Source: an uncultured Bdellovibrionales bacterium
Lineage (GTDB): Bacteria > Patescibacteriota > Minisyncoccia > Moranbacterales > UBA1568
Assembly: GCA_964624415.1 (NCBI GenBank)
Contig: CAZUWR010000001.1
Location: 3,855 to 67,854, forward strand
Length of the DNA: 64,000 nt
Reading direction: 5' to 3'
Shown: positions 39,260 to 48,930 of the stretch, in pieces
Layout of the letters: every line of letters starts with the position of its first letter
Numbering within the stretch: position 1 is the stretch's first letter
The notes under the pieces: model-generated
Database searches by the model: none
Told to the model about the DNA's origin: nothing
Seen by the model: the letters and a program-made list of their open reading frames with translations, nothing else
Program-made: the position numbers and the translations under genes

Positions 39260-39748
39260 ATGAGTATGAATAAGAAACAAGTAATCATCGCTTTTGTCGG
39301 CGGTGTGTTGGTTTTGGTAGTCGGTGTTGGCGCTGGCTTTTACGGTGGGATGAAGGCATCGTCTAAGCGCAGCGCGTTTGCTGGCATATCACAGAATGAG
39401 GGAGGATATTCTCGCGGTATGATGAATGGTCAGGGCCCTCAACAGGGTCGCCAGTGGAGCAATGATGCCGATGGTCAGCGAGGAGCTGGTCGTCAGGGCG
39501 GTATGATGGGTAATCGCGGCGGTCTGCTGATGGGAGAAATCGTCTCCAAGGATGATAAGAGCTTCAATGTGAAGATGGCGGATGGAAGTTCGAAAATCAT
39601 CTTTTACGCGGATGCGACTACGGTGGGCAAGTCGACACCGGCAACCGCTTCCGATCTTTCGGTCGGGCAGCAGGTGAGGATCAATGGTCAGGATAATGCC
39701 GATGGCAGTGTCCTCGCACAGAATATCCAGATTACGCAGGGACAGTAA
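39260..39748 (+). CDS. secreted Gly/Gln-rich protein with DUF5666-like C-terminal domain
   Basis: Signal/TM, low-complexity GGMMGNRGG region, C-terminal domain paralogous to 25907 gene. Confidence 0.45.
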   Translation: MSMNKKQVIIAFVGGVLVLVVGVGAGFYGGMKASSKRSAFAGISQNEGGYSRGMMNGQGPQQGRQWSNDADGQRGAGRQGGMMGNRGGLLMGEIVSKDDKSFNVKMADGSSKIIFYADATTVGKSTPATASDLSVGQQVRINGQDNADGSVLAQNIQITQGQ

Positions 39749-39788
39749 TTGTATTCCCGCTCTCCATTTGGAGTGTAGAGAATAACCA

Positions 39789-39818
39789 AAAAACCACCTT
39801 TTCGGAGCGTGGTTTTTT
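39789..39818 (+). terminator. rho-independent terminator
   Basis: AACCACC..GTGGTT hairpin + T6. Confidence 0.5.
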
Positions 39819-39826
39819 GGTGTAGT

Positions 39827-40660
39827 TTATTTGTCGGATTCCGATTCAATGAGATTTATCGGTTCTATGTCGTGACGAAACTCAAGCGCTGCCAGTGTTG
39901 TTTTATCAAACTTCGTTACCGCTCCAATAGCATTGCGCAATTTTTTTCTTCGTAAAGTAAGACTATTAAATTGTTCTTCGGTTAGATCTCCATTTGAATT
40001 CCATTGTCTCAGAGATTCTCCGGGTGTTATTTTACTCAGAGTTTGTATTTGTGTAGTAATACTGTTAAGAAGAGGCTTTACTTCTTCTCGGATCGATCTG
40101 GCGAGTTCGATATTTGTTTGCTCTCGAGCTATCACATCGTCGAGGTTTGTGGATCCGAAAATTTGCTCCGCTTCAGTGAGTACGTTTTCTAAATGAGTAA
40201 TAGCAAGCTCGATGCTTTCTGCGTCGATATTTTCGTTTGGCAATTCCGTCTCTTGTGATACTTTTTGAGATAATTCATTCGTTTTTTTATCGATATTTTT
40301 AGCAATATCTGTCCATGACTCAGTGGTTTCATCATACTCAGATATATTTTCTGCACTGCACGGATAGCCAGTCTCCAATGTTCCTACATAGTATGCGACA
40401 TCAATACAGGTTTGCGCCGATTGAGTTTCTAAATAATCGCCTTTGCGTTTGTAGGTATATTGTGAAGCATCGCCGGCTTCGTCTACGGTCGCAACTTCGT
40501 AAAGATACACGCCTTTTTCATCTTCAAGCGTGCGCAACACTTCGAAATTTTCTTGACCGATAAGACTTTCCATCTTTACTTTGATTTCCTCCAAAGAGGG
40601 GATGTGAGGTTCTGTTTCGATGTTTGGCGTTGGGTTTTCAAAAGGATTTCCAAAAGACAT
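39827..40660 (-). CDS. hypothetical acidic protein (AT-rich island)
   Basis: AT-rich codon usage distinct from flanks; no domain recognised. Confidence 0.4.
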   Translation of the reverse strand: MSFGNPFENPTPNIETEPHIPSLEEIKVKMESLIGQENFEVLRTLEDEKGVYLYEVATVDEAGDASQYTYKRKGDYLETQSAQTCIDVAYYVGTLETGYPCSAENISEYDETTESWTDIAKNIDKKTNELSQKVSQETELPNENIDAESIELAITHLENVLTEAEQIFGSTNLDDVIAREQTNIELARSIREEVKPLLNSITTQIQTLSKITPGESLRQWNSNGDLTEEQFNSLTLRRKKLRNAIGAVTKFDKTTLAALEFRHDIEPINLIESESDK

Positions 40661-40880
40661 AGGCGTATATGGAAGGAAGTTATGCGAGAGGGAAGCGACT
40701 TAAACTTAGCTATGAAGCATGATAAAAGCGACAAGCTTGGGTACCCAGAACTTGGTCGTGGCCAAAAGCCCAATACCGAGGATGATGAGAACAAGCAGAA
40801 TGATCTGCAAGGTGCTCGGATGCGCGTGCTCGCAGTTTTCTTGTTGGCAGTTGAGGTGCATAGAGGTTATTGTTAGTTTT

Positions 40881-41552
40881 TTAAAGCCTAATTCTTGCTA
40901 ATTTTTTTAATTTTTGACCTATAACACTGAATGAGATGTTTAAATTTAAGTCTTTTATGTGTTGTTTGGCGTCATTAATTGGCTTCATTGGCTTATAATC
41001 AGCGATATATTGTCTTTGCATAAAAGCGTCGTCAAATATCTTTGTTCTTTGAAAAAAATCATTAATTTTTTCTTCCGCATTTCCAGGTGAGTCAATAAAC
41101 TCTTTTGTATAGTCAGCAAAAATTCTGTATTTATTGGCCCTTATTTGCTCTTCGTTTTTCTGAAAAAACGTTTTATTATATCTTATCGCCTCATCAATTA
41201 GTGCACATTTATTATAGAAATCGGTTATTGTATCCCATTCATCCCTATCGAAATCTTTGATAAATTGGTACTTATATTTACTCCAACTTTCTGTTTGCAT
41301 TGGATATATATTTTCTAATAGGAATGACGGTTCTTGATCAAGAGTGTCCTTGATTATTCTTAATGTTTTTTCCGCACTTCTTAATTCATAAAAGATAGTA
41401 TTTGCTGCTGCTCTTTTGTGATCACCTTGCTGTATGCGATAGAGTAAAAAAATTCCTAATCCTACAATAGCAACAAAGAAATTCGAGTCAAAAAATCGGA
41501 TTAAGACTGTAAATAATTCTGAATGAAGAATACTGGAAAGTACTTGAACCAT
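40881..41552 (-). CDS. hypothetical membrane-anchored protein (AT-rich island)
   Basis: N-terminal TM helix then charged soluble domain; AT-rich; adjacent to tRNA-Gln. Confidence 0.4.
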   Translation of the reverse strand: MVQVLSSILHSELFTVLIRFFDSNFFVAIVGLGIFLLYRIQQGDHKRAAANTIFYELRSAEKTLRIIKDTLDQEPSFLLENIYPMQTESWSKYKYQFIKDFDRDEWDTITDFYNKCALIDEAIRYNKTFFQKNEEQIRANKYRIFADYTKEFIDSPGNAEEKINDFFQRTKIFDDAFMQRQYIADYKPMKPINDAKQHIKDLNLNISFSVIGQKLKKLARIRL

Positions 41553-41609
41553 TTTATAGAATCATAGTGTTTATGGTTTGTTGGTGTTTACACACAAGGA
41601 TATTGTTGT

Positions 41610-41680
41610 TGGGGAGGAAGGGATCGAACCTTCGCATGGGGGCTTCAAAGGCCCCTGCCTTACCGCTTGGCTACTCCCCA
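41610..41680 (-). tRNA. tRNA-Gln (anticodon UUG)
   Basis: Cloverleaf: acceptor UGGGGAG/CUCCCCA, D-loop AGCGGUAA, anticodon stem GGGGC/GCCCC with loop CUUUGAA, T-arm GAAGG-UUCGAUC-CCUUC; close to E. coli tRNA-Gln. Confidence 0.85.
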
Positions 41681-41707
41681 ATAATGACTTTTTCTCTTAT
41701 AGACAAA

Positions 41708-41733
41708 GATCCTTCGACTACGCTCAGGATGAC
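41708..41733. repeat. half-copy of palindromic repeat element (GATCCTTCGACTACGCTCAGGATGAC)
   Basis: Identical 26-mer also at 59189-59214. Confidence 0.5.
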
Positions 41734-41843
41734 AATCATGAGTTTTTTGTAAATATTCAGAGAAGAGACTCTGAAACGACCTGCCCGAAATGCAACGCAT
41801 AACTTTGCAGGCGGGGTTCAGAATAACATCCTCATTTCAAAAA

Positions 41844-43493
41844 TCAGGCGACGATCTCACCACCGAGAATGCTCATCGCTTCGGTCAAAATCGGGCTGAT
41901 CGGAGCTTGCGCGACGGGTGCTGATTGAGGTGTCGCGCTCTCGTCCAAGACCACTTTGATCTTTGTTTTTGACTCTAAAATTGTATCAAAAGCGCTCTCT
42001 ACTGTCAATTTGTTCTCGACGGCATTGATTTTGTCTTTGTACATCGGGAACTTGGCGCCGAGCACGACACTACCGCCATCGCCGATATACAAGGGTCTGC
42101 AATTGCCGAGAGTGAGGGCGAGCGAGGAGTTGAGCTCGCGCACTTTGGCGATGATAGATTGCCAGTGGTCTTTGACCGTGTCTATGCTTACGGCAGCTGT
42201 TTCTGTGGGTGCAGTTGTTGGTATGACCGGTTCGGCGGCTGGCGAGGTGAGGGGTTGTGTGCCGATTACATAGGGGGCTGCGGGTTCTTTAACAAGCGAT
42301 GCTTGAGTAAGTGTTGTTTGTTGTTTGTTGTTTGTTGTTAATTGTTGACTGTTCTCCGTTTTCTGTTTATTGTTCACTGTTTGCTGTTGATTGCTCACGG
42401 ACTCAGGCACAAGAAACTTGACCACAGCGATTTCGAGCGGGAACTGGGCGATGGAGGCAATACGGATTTCTTTGCGCGCCGATGAGAAGAGATCGATGAG
42501 CGTGATGATCCCGGAGGTGGTGAGGCTTTCCGCACAAGCGGTGAGCGTATCGATGTGCTCTCGCGTCATTTCGAGGGCGAGGGTGTCGGCAAGGGTGCGG
42601 TCGACACTGATAAGAAGCATCTGCCGAAGCGAGTGTAGGAGGGAATTGACGAAGATATACAGATCGGCACCAGTTTCCACCAGTTGATTGATAAGGGCGA
42701 TAGCATTTTCCATCTCCCCGTGCGTGAGATGCGCCAGAAGCGTATCGACTTTTTGTTGATCGGTGATGCCGAGTATGGAGGAGACTTCGTCGGTCGTGAT
42801 AGTTTTGTCTTCGAGACTGATGACCTGCGTGAGGAGGGATTCGGCATCGCGCATACCACCCTCGGCGGCAAGGGCGATCATCTCGAGCGCAGGCTTGTCG
42901 ATAGCTACTCCCTCGCTTGCAGCGATACCGGCGAGCTTTTCGATGATATGATCGAGCGGAAGGCGTGAGAAATCGAAGCGCTGGCAGCGGGAAAGGATGG
43001 TCTCGGGGACTTTGTGTAAAGAGGTGGTAGCGAGAATGAAGATGACATGCTTGGGTGGCTCCTCGAGTGTCTTAAGGAGCGCGTTGAAAGCGCCGATGGA
43101 GAGCATATGTACTTCATCGATGATATAGACCTTGAAGGGCGCTTGTGTTGGGAGGAGTTTGATAGAGTCGCGCAGTTCGCGAATATTGTCCACGCCGGTA
43201 TTGGAAGCGGCATCGATTTCAATTACATCAAGCGAGCTTCCGCTCGCCATAGCGAGGCAGTGAGCGCACTGAAGACAGGGTTCCACACCTTTCCGATCAA
43301 GACAGGTGACTGCTTTTGCCAAAAGCCTGGCAGTGGTGGTTTTACCGGTACCGCGCGGCCCCGTAAAGAGATAAGCCTGGCCGAGGCGATCGTTTTTGAG
43401 GGCATTGGTGATGGTTTTGATGATATGGGTTTGCCCGATGACATCGGAAAATTGTTGCGGGCGGTATTTGCGGTACAGTGTATTGGTAGACAT
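41844..43493 (-). CDS. dnaX: DNA polymerase III subunit gamma/tau
   Basis: YRKYRPQQFSDVIGQ..GPRGTGKTT Walker A, zinc module CLDRKG..CLQCAHC, DEVHML Walker B. Confidence 0.9.
   Translation of the reverse strand: MSTNTLYRKYRPQQFSDVIGQTHIIKTITNALKNDRLGQAYLFTGPRGTGKTTTARLLAKAVTCLDRKGVEPCLQCAHCLAMASGSSLDVIEIDAASNTGVDNIRELRDSIKLLPTQAPFKVYIIDEVHMLSIGAFNALLKTLEEPPKHVIFILATTSLHKVPETILSRCQRFDFSRLPLDHIIEKLAGIAASEGVAIDKPALEMIALAAEGGMRDAESLLTQVISLEDKTITTDEVSSILGITDQQKVDTLLAHLTHGEMENAIALINQLVETGADLYIFVNSLLHSLRQMLLISVDRTLADTLALEMTREHIDTLTACAESLTTSGIITLIDLFSSARKEIRIASIAQFPLEIAVVKFLVPESVSNQQQTVNNKQKTENSQQLTTNNKQQTTLTQASLVKEPAAPYVIGTQPLTSPAAEPVIPTTAPTETAAVSIDTVKDHWQSIIAKVRELNSSLALTLGNCRPLYIGDGGSVVLGAKFPMYKDKINAVENKLTVESAFDTILESKTKIKVVLDESATPQSAPVAQAPISPILTEAMSILGGEIVA
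42312..42340. repeat. heptanucleotide tandem repeat (AACAAAC)x4 on coding strand within dnaX
   Basis: TTGTTTG repeated ~4x on + strand; encodes N/K/Q/T-rich linker. Confidence 0.5.
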
Positions 43494-43592
43494 AAGGAAT
43501 AGGGTCAAAAATCAAAGCATATACACCTAGTATAGCATATGCAAAACCTCCCTGTTCAGGAGGCTTTGTAGAAAGATGATATGTCTGCGCTC

Positions 43593-44201
43593 TTATCGTT
43601 TGAATACCCAGAGTTTGTACCCGATGAAGTTCCAGGTCAGGACGAGTATGGAAGCGGTGGCGGAAGCGATGGAAGCCCAGGCTTTGTCGGTGATATTTCC
43701 GGGAGAGGTGACGATGTTGATCATTATCCAGGTGATACCGGCATTGATAACGAGGCCGACGATACTGACGAGCCAGAATTGGAGCACTTCTTTGCTCTTC
43801 GCCTCGCCTTGTTTTTCAAATGACCAGTACTTGTTCCAGATAAAGCTATTGATGATAGCAGCATTGACCGAGACGATTTTGAATCCGAGTATCGCGTTTC
43901 CGGTCGCGATATCCGTCATATAGATGAAAACATTGAAAATACCCAAATCAATAATGGTATTGGTCACGCCGATGATGCCGAATTTGCTGAGTTGGAAAAA
44001 AAACCTGAGGCGGTTGATGCGAGAGGCGATGAAATACGCGAGACTGATGCCGAGTGTGGCGAGAAGCGCGATGATAAAAACGAAAGCGAGATAGGGGATA
44101 GGAATTTTTGATCCGAGATTGGTGATGATGATAGGAGCTAAAAGTCCGATAAAGGCGCCGTTGATAGCGGCGAATGACAGGTCACGGAGGCGTAGGGTCA
44201 T
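43593..44201 (-). CDS. GtrA-family membrane protein
   Basis: FGIIGVTNTIIDLGIFNVF and NSFIWNKYWSF GtrA motifs; N-terminal extension, start uncertain. Confidence 0.55.
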   Translation of the reverse strand: MTLRLRDLSFAAINGAFIGLLAPIIITNLGSKIPIPYLAFVFIIALLATLGISLAYFIASRINRLRFFFQLSKFGIIGVTNTIIDLGIFNVFIYMTDIATGNAILGFKIVSVNAAIINSFIWNKYWSFEKQGEAKSKEVLQFWLVSIVGLVINAGITWIMINIVTSPGNITDKAWASIASATASILVLTWNFIGYKLWVFKR

Positions 44202-44259
44202 AGCGGTGAGGGTAAGTGTGATGAGTTAGGGATGAGGATGAGAGTGATGTGCTGTATTA

Positions 44260-45075
44260 CTATTCGCTTTTTTTCATTTCATTTTCGATTTCTTCAAGAT
44301 CCTTGACCCACTCATCGACGACCGCCTGCTTGTCTTCATCAGGAGCAGCTTCTTTGGCTTTGGATTTCTTGGCTGGTTTGGCTTTTTCTTCTGTTTCTTC
44401 TGGGTCGGTGGCTTCCGTATGAGTCGGCGCATCATCGTGCAAGTCTTCTTTCCACGCATGCATATCTTGCGGAGCAGCGTGCTCTCGAGGAGGCATCCAA
44501 TGCGACATTTTTTGGCTGCCTTTCTGGAGGATGTTTTCGATCGATGCCCAGGTGGCCTCGGTATCGCGCGGGAAGACGATAGCGACTTCATCGCCCGGCT
44601 CGCCCTTGAAATATGTGACGGATGCGAGAAGGACTTTGTATGGCCGTCCATCAGCGAGGATGCAGTAGTTGCCGTTTTCATCCTGACTGATGATACCCAA
44701 AGCGTGCTTGCGCTCGACTGGGCCGATCTGCTTGTAGATGAAAGAACCTTCGGGAGTGATGGTCAATTTGAGTACATCGCCTTCGATGAGTTTTGATTTG
44801 GAAGCGTAGTTGGCAGGGACAGGGTATTGCTTGCCATCGGTACCGAGCATGATCTGCCCGTCAAACATGCCTTCAACGACGGTGCCATCGGTCACTTCTT
44901 CTACCTTTCGTTTGCGACCGACTTTCTTCTTGCCTTCAATCTGAAGCAGCATGGCCTTGGCGCCCTGTATGGTTTTTTCCGCGCTGTTGATCATATCGCG
45001 CAGAGCCTGAATTTTTTGAGTAGCCTCTTTTTCTTTGGTTTCCGCGTCTTGAGGCGCATCGTTGTGTTGTATCAT
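44260..45075 (-). CDS. hypothetical protein with coiled-coil N-terminus and acidic/Lys-rich tail
   Basis: No domain recognised. Confidence 0.4.
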   Translation of the reverse strand: MIQHNDAPQDAETKEKEATQKIQALRDMINSAEKTIQGAKAMLLQIEGKKKVGRKRKVEEVTDGTVVEGMFDGQIMLGTDGKQYPVPANYASKSKLIEGDVLKLTITPEGSFIYKQIGPVERKHALGIISQDENGNYCILADGRPYKVLLASVTYFKGEPGDEVAIVFPRDTEATWASIENILQKGSQKMSHWMPPREHAAPQDMHAWKEDLHDDAPTHTEATDPEETEEKAKPAKKSKAKEAAPDEDKQAVVDEWVKDLEEIENEMKKSE

Positions 45076-45247
45076 CTTGTTTGCGGCGAATCACTTTTCA
45101 TTTCTCTAAAGTATGAAAAGCGTCTGCTTTTTTATTTTTATTTTACATATTCAGTATAGCATATTCTCTCTCAAGCGAGCAAGAGAATTTTAGTATAGAG
45201 TTTGCGACGGTAAATTTTGTAATGTATAGTGAAGTTAATTATTTATT

Positions 45248-47218
45248 ATGAATTATATGTATACACGAAGAGTATTATTGGCAGGCATCGGAGTATGTGT
45301 AGGTCTGTTTATTCTGGCGTGGTTTTGGGTAGCTCGATCGATATTTTTTCGCTCTACCGATATGACTATTCCTACGCAGAACATCTCTTCAGTTCACGTA
45401 CCTTCCTCAACGAAGGATGTAGAAAATATAACGGTGCCTGTTGGTGAATCCTCTGCATACGCACCTCCGGAAATGAAAACCTTCACAGAGTTTTCCAAGG
45501 ACGATATCCGTAAGGGGCAAGTGACATGGCAGGAACCTCAGGATATGGGTGATTTGGGGTGGACCTCTCACGATGTGTATACTGGAAAATATCAGAGTAA
45601 GAATGGGTATGCTTACTCCGGGGGTGTTAAATATTTGAAAGTTGGTACAGTGAAAGAGGGGATGTACACCGGGTCTGAAGTCATCGTCGTTTTTTCTTGG
45701 CTCTACACCGGAGATTTTCCAAGGGGTGAGTCGCCTGATATTCAGCATTACTTACGAAAAGATGGTAAGGTAACGCTGCTTACACATGCTGCTACGGCTA
45801 ATGGAGTCGAAGTTCCTTTGCCGACTTCAGATGTTAAGGCTGATGATTCCTCTCAAGATGATGATGCAAAAGCATTAATCCTGAAAGCTTCGAATGAAGT
45901 TGTTGATAATGAAACAAGAATTGAGGATTTAGCTCTGTATCCAACCGAATTCCAGGGTAGGAATAGCCGTGAAACATTTGTTAATAATGGGTATGCTGAT
46001 AGAGCGGTTTTTTCAAGTAAGGGTCTTAAGCTAGCGTTTGAAAGTTTGGAATTTGGACAGGTGTGGATGACGGATACGTCGTTCAAGGGAGAAATCCGCA
46101 CAGAGTTAAATAGTTATCAGGGTCGCGTGTATGATTCTAAGCCAGATAAAGATGGTAAAGACACTTTTAAAAGAGTAAAGAAGTATTACGATCCAGTTGT
46201 ATCGGGTGGATTTTATCTGAAACGTCCGGATGGTATTATGGAGGCGTACCGTTTGAAGTTCGATATTTTCGATATATTTGATCGACAAGGTGTACTCCAG
46301 GCGACATGGAATGATGGCTCAAAGAACACAACTTCGTATGAAGAATATCCGGGAGGATGTGGTATGACGGAGTATGTGTACGATAAGACAAACAGTGTCA
46401 GTATTAAAAAGGATTTAGTGATAATCGGAAAGACGGAGCAAGGAGATCTTTTGTATGGGTATAGGGAAAGCAATTCTGCATTGAAAAAGTATTTTGATGA
46501 AACATACTTACCGTCCCTTGGCAGGCAATCAAGTGCGGATTTGGGCATGGACAGAAATCAGCTTTGGAAAGAATTTCTGCAGAAGCGCCCAATAGTGTTG
46601 TGGCAGGATTCTTTTGGCCGCTTACTGGCGTTCTATAATACTGATACCATACCTTTGGCTGAATGCGGTAAACCGGTAGTATATCTGTACCCGGAAAAGA
46701 GTGCGGATGTTTCGGTAAGAGTCTTTCCGAGCGAAGGTGTGAGTGTTTCTGATCCTGCTTACAATGATGGTTGGGATGTTGTGGCGCAGCCAGATGGTAC
46801 CCTTATGAATAAGATGGATGGAAAAAATTACCCCTATCTATTTTGGGAAGGCGGAAGTGATACGCTTTACCAGACTCCTGAACAAGGATTTGTGGCTGCA
46901 AAAGAAGATCTGAGTGTATTTTTTGATGAGAAATTAAGCCAGCTTGGACTCTCAGCTAAAGAATCATCTGATTTCAAAGAATTTTGGATTCCGAAGATGA
47001 CCGAGAAAAGTAAGCCTTACTATTTCATTACTTTTCTTTCTCGTGCACAAATTGATAGATTGGCTCCTCTTGCAATAAATCCGAAGCCAGATACGATTAT
47101 CCGTGTCATGATGGATTATGAAGGACTGGATTCGTGGAAGGCTGTGCCGGGTTATGCTATCAAAACACCGAAGAGAGAAGGGTTTACCGCGGTTGAATGG
47201 GGGGGAAGAATGAAATAA
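45248..47218 (+). CDS. large secreted/membrane-anchored hypothetical protein
   Basis: N-terminal TM/signal; 656 aa; 8-bp gap to downstream gene suggests co-transcription. Confidence 0.45.
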   Translation: MNYMYTRRVLLAGIGVCVGLFILAWFWVARSIFFRSTDMTIPTQNISSVHVPSSTKDVENITVPVGESSAYAPPEMKTFTEFSKDDIRKGQVTWQEPQDMGDLGWTSHDVYTGKYQSKNGYAYSGGVKYLKVGTVKEGMYTGSEVIVVFSWLYTGDFPRGESPDIQHYLRKDGKVTLLTHAATANGVEVPLPTSDVKADDSSQDDDAKALILKASNEVVDNETRIEDLALYPTEFQGRNSRETFVNNGYADRAVFSSKGLKLAFESLEFGQVWMTDTSFKGEIRTELNSYQGRVYDSKPDKDGKDTFKRVKKYYDPVVSGGFYLKRPDGIMEAYRLKFDIFDIFDRQGVLQATWNDGSKNTTSYEEYPGGCGMTEYVYDKTNSVSIKKDLVIIGKTEQGDLLYGYRESNSALKKYFDETYLPSLGRQSSADLGMDRNQLWKEFLQKRPIVLWQDSFGRLLAFYNTDTIPLAECGKPVVYLYPEKSADVSVRVFPSEGVSVSDPAYNDGWDVVAQPDGTLMNKMDGKNYPYLFWEGGSDTLYQTPEQGFVAAKEDLSVFFDEKLSQLGLSAKESSDFKEFWIPKMTEKSKPYYFITFLSRAQIDRLAPLAINPKPDTIIRVMMDYEGLDSWKAVPGYAIKTPKREGFTAVEWGGRMK

Positions 47219-47225
47219 AGCGGAT

Positions 47226-48836
47226 ATGAAAATATTGAGTGACCGCAAAATCATATACTATCTGTTGTTGGCTGGTGGCATAATCGCTACCAGCCTTTCG
47301 TACGCTTTTTTGAAAAGTGTTGATATTCAATCAAGCCTTACAAATGGAACGGAAAAAAAGAGCAGTGAACAATCTTTGTCAATCGTTTCTTTTATTACGC
47401 CCCATCATCTCGCTGCTAAAGAGTTTATGCATAAGATTTTTCATGATGTCAGCGATGCGGTCGGAGGTGATTCAATCGATCGTGTTATCTTGATAAGTCC
47501 GAATCATTTTAATATCGGAAAAAGTTGGGTGATCGGTTCTGAAAAAAGTTGGGAGACTCCCTTTGGTATGTTGTATGCGGATGCTGGTATGAGCAGTCAT
47601 CTTAAGGATGGGGTTTTTTTTGGCCAAGATATTTTTGAGCGTGAACATGGGATAAGGAATATCCTACCCTTCGTAAAAGAGTATTTTCCACAGGCTGCTG
47701 TAGTACCATTGGCTTTACGCGATGGATTTTCTGATGAAGGGGTAGATGCATTAGCACAAAGACTTGCACAATTATCAAGTCCGCATACGATCCTCATTGT
47801 TTCAGCTGACTTTTCTCATTACTTAGACTGGAATTTTTCTCGTTTTCATGATGCTAAAGCTAAAGAGATTCTCAGTCGTATGGATATGGATCATATCGGG
47901 TTACTGGACGTGGATTGCGCATCATGTTTGCGTGTCGCTATGCAATATTCAAGAATTCGCCATGCTGATCATTTTCAATTTGTTTCCCGATCGAGTTCTT
48001 TGGAGCTGGCTGGGTCAAATAGAGTCGGCGAAGAAACAAGTCATATAACCGGGTATTTTTCTTCGCAACTATCGCAGTCAGATGATGCATTGGATACAAC
48101 ACGTCTTCTGTTTTCCGGACAAGTCACACCGCAGGCCATGACTGAAAGTGCAAGAAGAATGTTTATGGGTCAAGATTTCAATATTTTTGAACAGGATGGC
48201 AGTATTGTATCGAATGTTTTCGATGACACTTCTTACAACTCGTCTTTGCATGTTTTGCAAAATTATTCACTGATGGATGATAAAGAATTATCTTCCGCAC
48301 GGATAATACACGGAAAACGGTTTGTGTTTGTTGATGCTGATATGCGAATTTCCGATGATGCCTCCGCGCAACGCGTATTGAATGAGGTGAGCGAGGCAAA
48401 ACAGCACAGTGATTTTGTGGTGGCTTTGTGGAGCAAAGATAAACAATCCCGAGGTTCTATGGGAAATGCTGACGCACAAAGGAAGCAGGCTCATGATCTT
48501 ATCGATGCAGGAGCGGATGTTGTGATTGGTTTGCGGGCTCAGAATTTTGAACCGATCGAGATATATAATAATAAAGCGATTTTTTCTTCTTTGGGCTATA
48601 ATGCCTCGCAGTGTAGGCTTTACAATCGTATGTGTGCAGGCGTGCAACTAGGGATAGGTTTTTCTTCGGATGCGATAGAATATGTTCTTATGCCCATTAT
48701 GAAGCAAAAAGATGGGCAAATTGTATTAGCAAAAAGTCCGGAAAGGGATATTATCCTTAAAAAGTTATCGGATACAAGGATCAGTAATTCGATGAAGCAA
48801 TCACTGCAAGAGGGGATGTTTACCTTACATAAATAG
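47226..48836 (+). CDS. fusion protein: MEMO1/AmmeMemoRadiSam-B-like N-domain + CapA/PgsA-like metallophosphatase C-domain
   Basis: N-term ITPHHLAAKEF..ILISPNHF (MEMO-like); C-term GADVVIGLRAQNFEPIEIYNNKAIFSSLGY (CapA-like). Confidence 0.5.
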   Translation: MKILSDRKIIYYLLLAGGIIATSLSYAFLKSVDIQSSLTNGTEKKSSEQSLSIVSFITPHHLAAKEFMHKIFHDVSDAVGGDSIDRVILISPNHFNIGKSWVIGSEKSWETPFGMLYADAGMSSHLKDGVFFGQDIFEREHGIRNILPFVKEYFPQAAVVPLALRDGFSDEGVDALAQRLAQLSSPHTILIVSADFSHYLDWNFSRFHDAKAKEILSRMDMDHIGLLDVDCASCLRVAMQYSRIRHADHFQFVSRSSSLELAGSNRVGEETSHITGYFSSQLSQSDDALDTTRLLFSGQVTPQAMTESARRMFMGQDFNIFEQDGSIVSNVFDDTSYNSSLHVLQNYSLMDDKELSSARIIHGKRFVFVDADMRISDDASAQRVLNEVSEAKQHSDFVVALWSKDKQSRGSMGNADAQRKQAHDLIDAGADVVIGLRAQNFEPIEIYNNKAIFSSLGYNASQCRLYNRMCAGVQLGIGFSSDAIEYVLMPIMKQKDGQIVLAKSPERDIILKKLSDTRISNSMKQSLQEGMFTLHK

Positions 48837-48930
48837 CTTGTTTGGTTATAGTAGTTAAGTGCCCCTCTCAGTTTTTGAGTATAAAAATAGCGGCTCAACA
48901 TACACAATCGTATGTTTCGCCGCACTCATT

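Noticed and set aside
40706-40861. 52-aa minus-strand micro-ORF (MHLNCQQENCEHAH + TM)
   Set aside because: It has a poor RBS and overlaps longer spurious ORFs. It is kept only as a mention inside the island finding, not as a feature.
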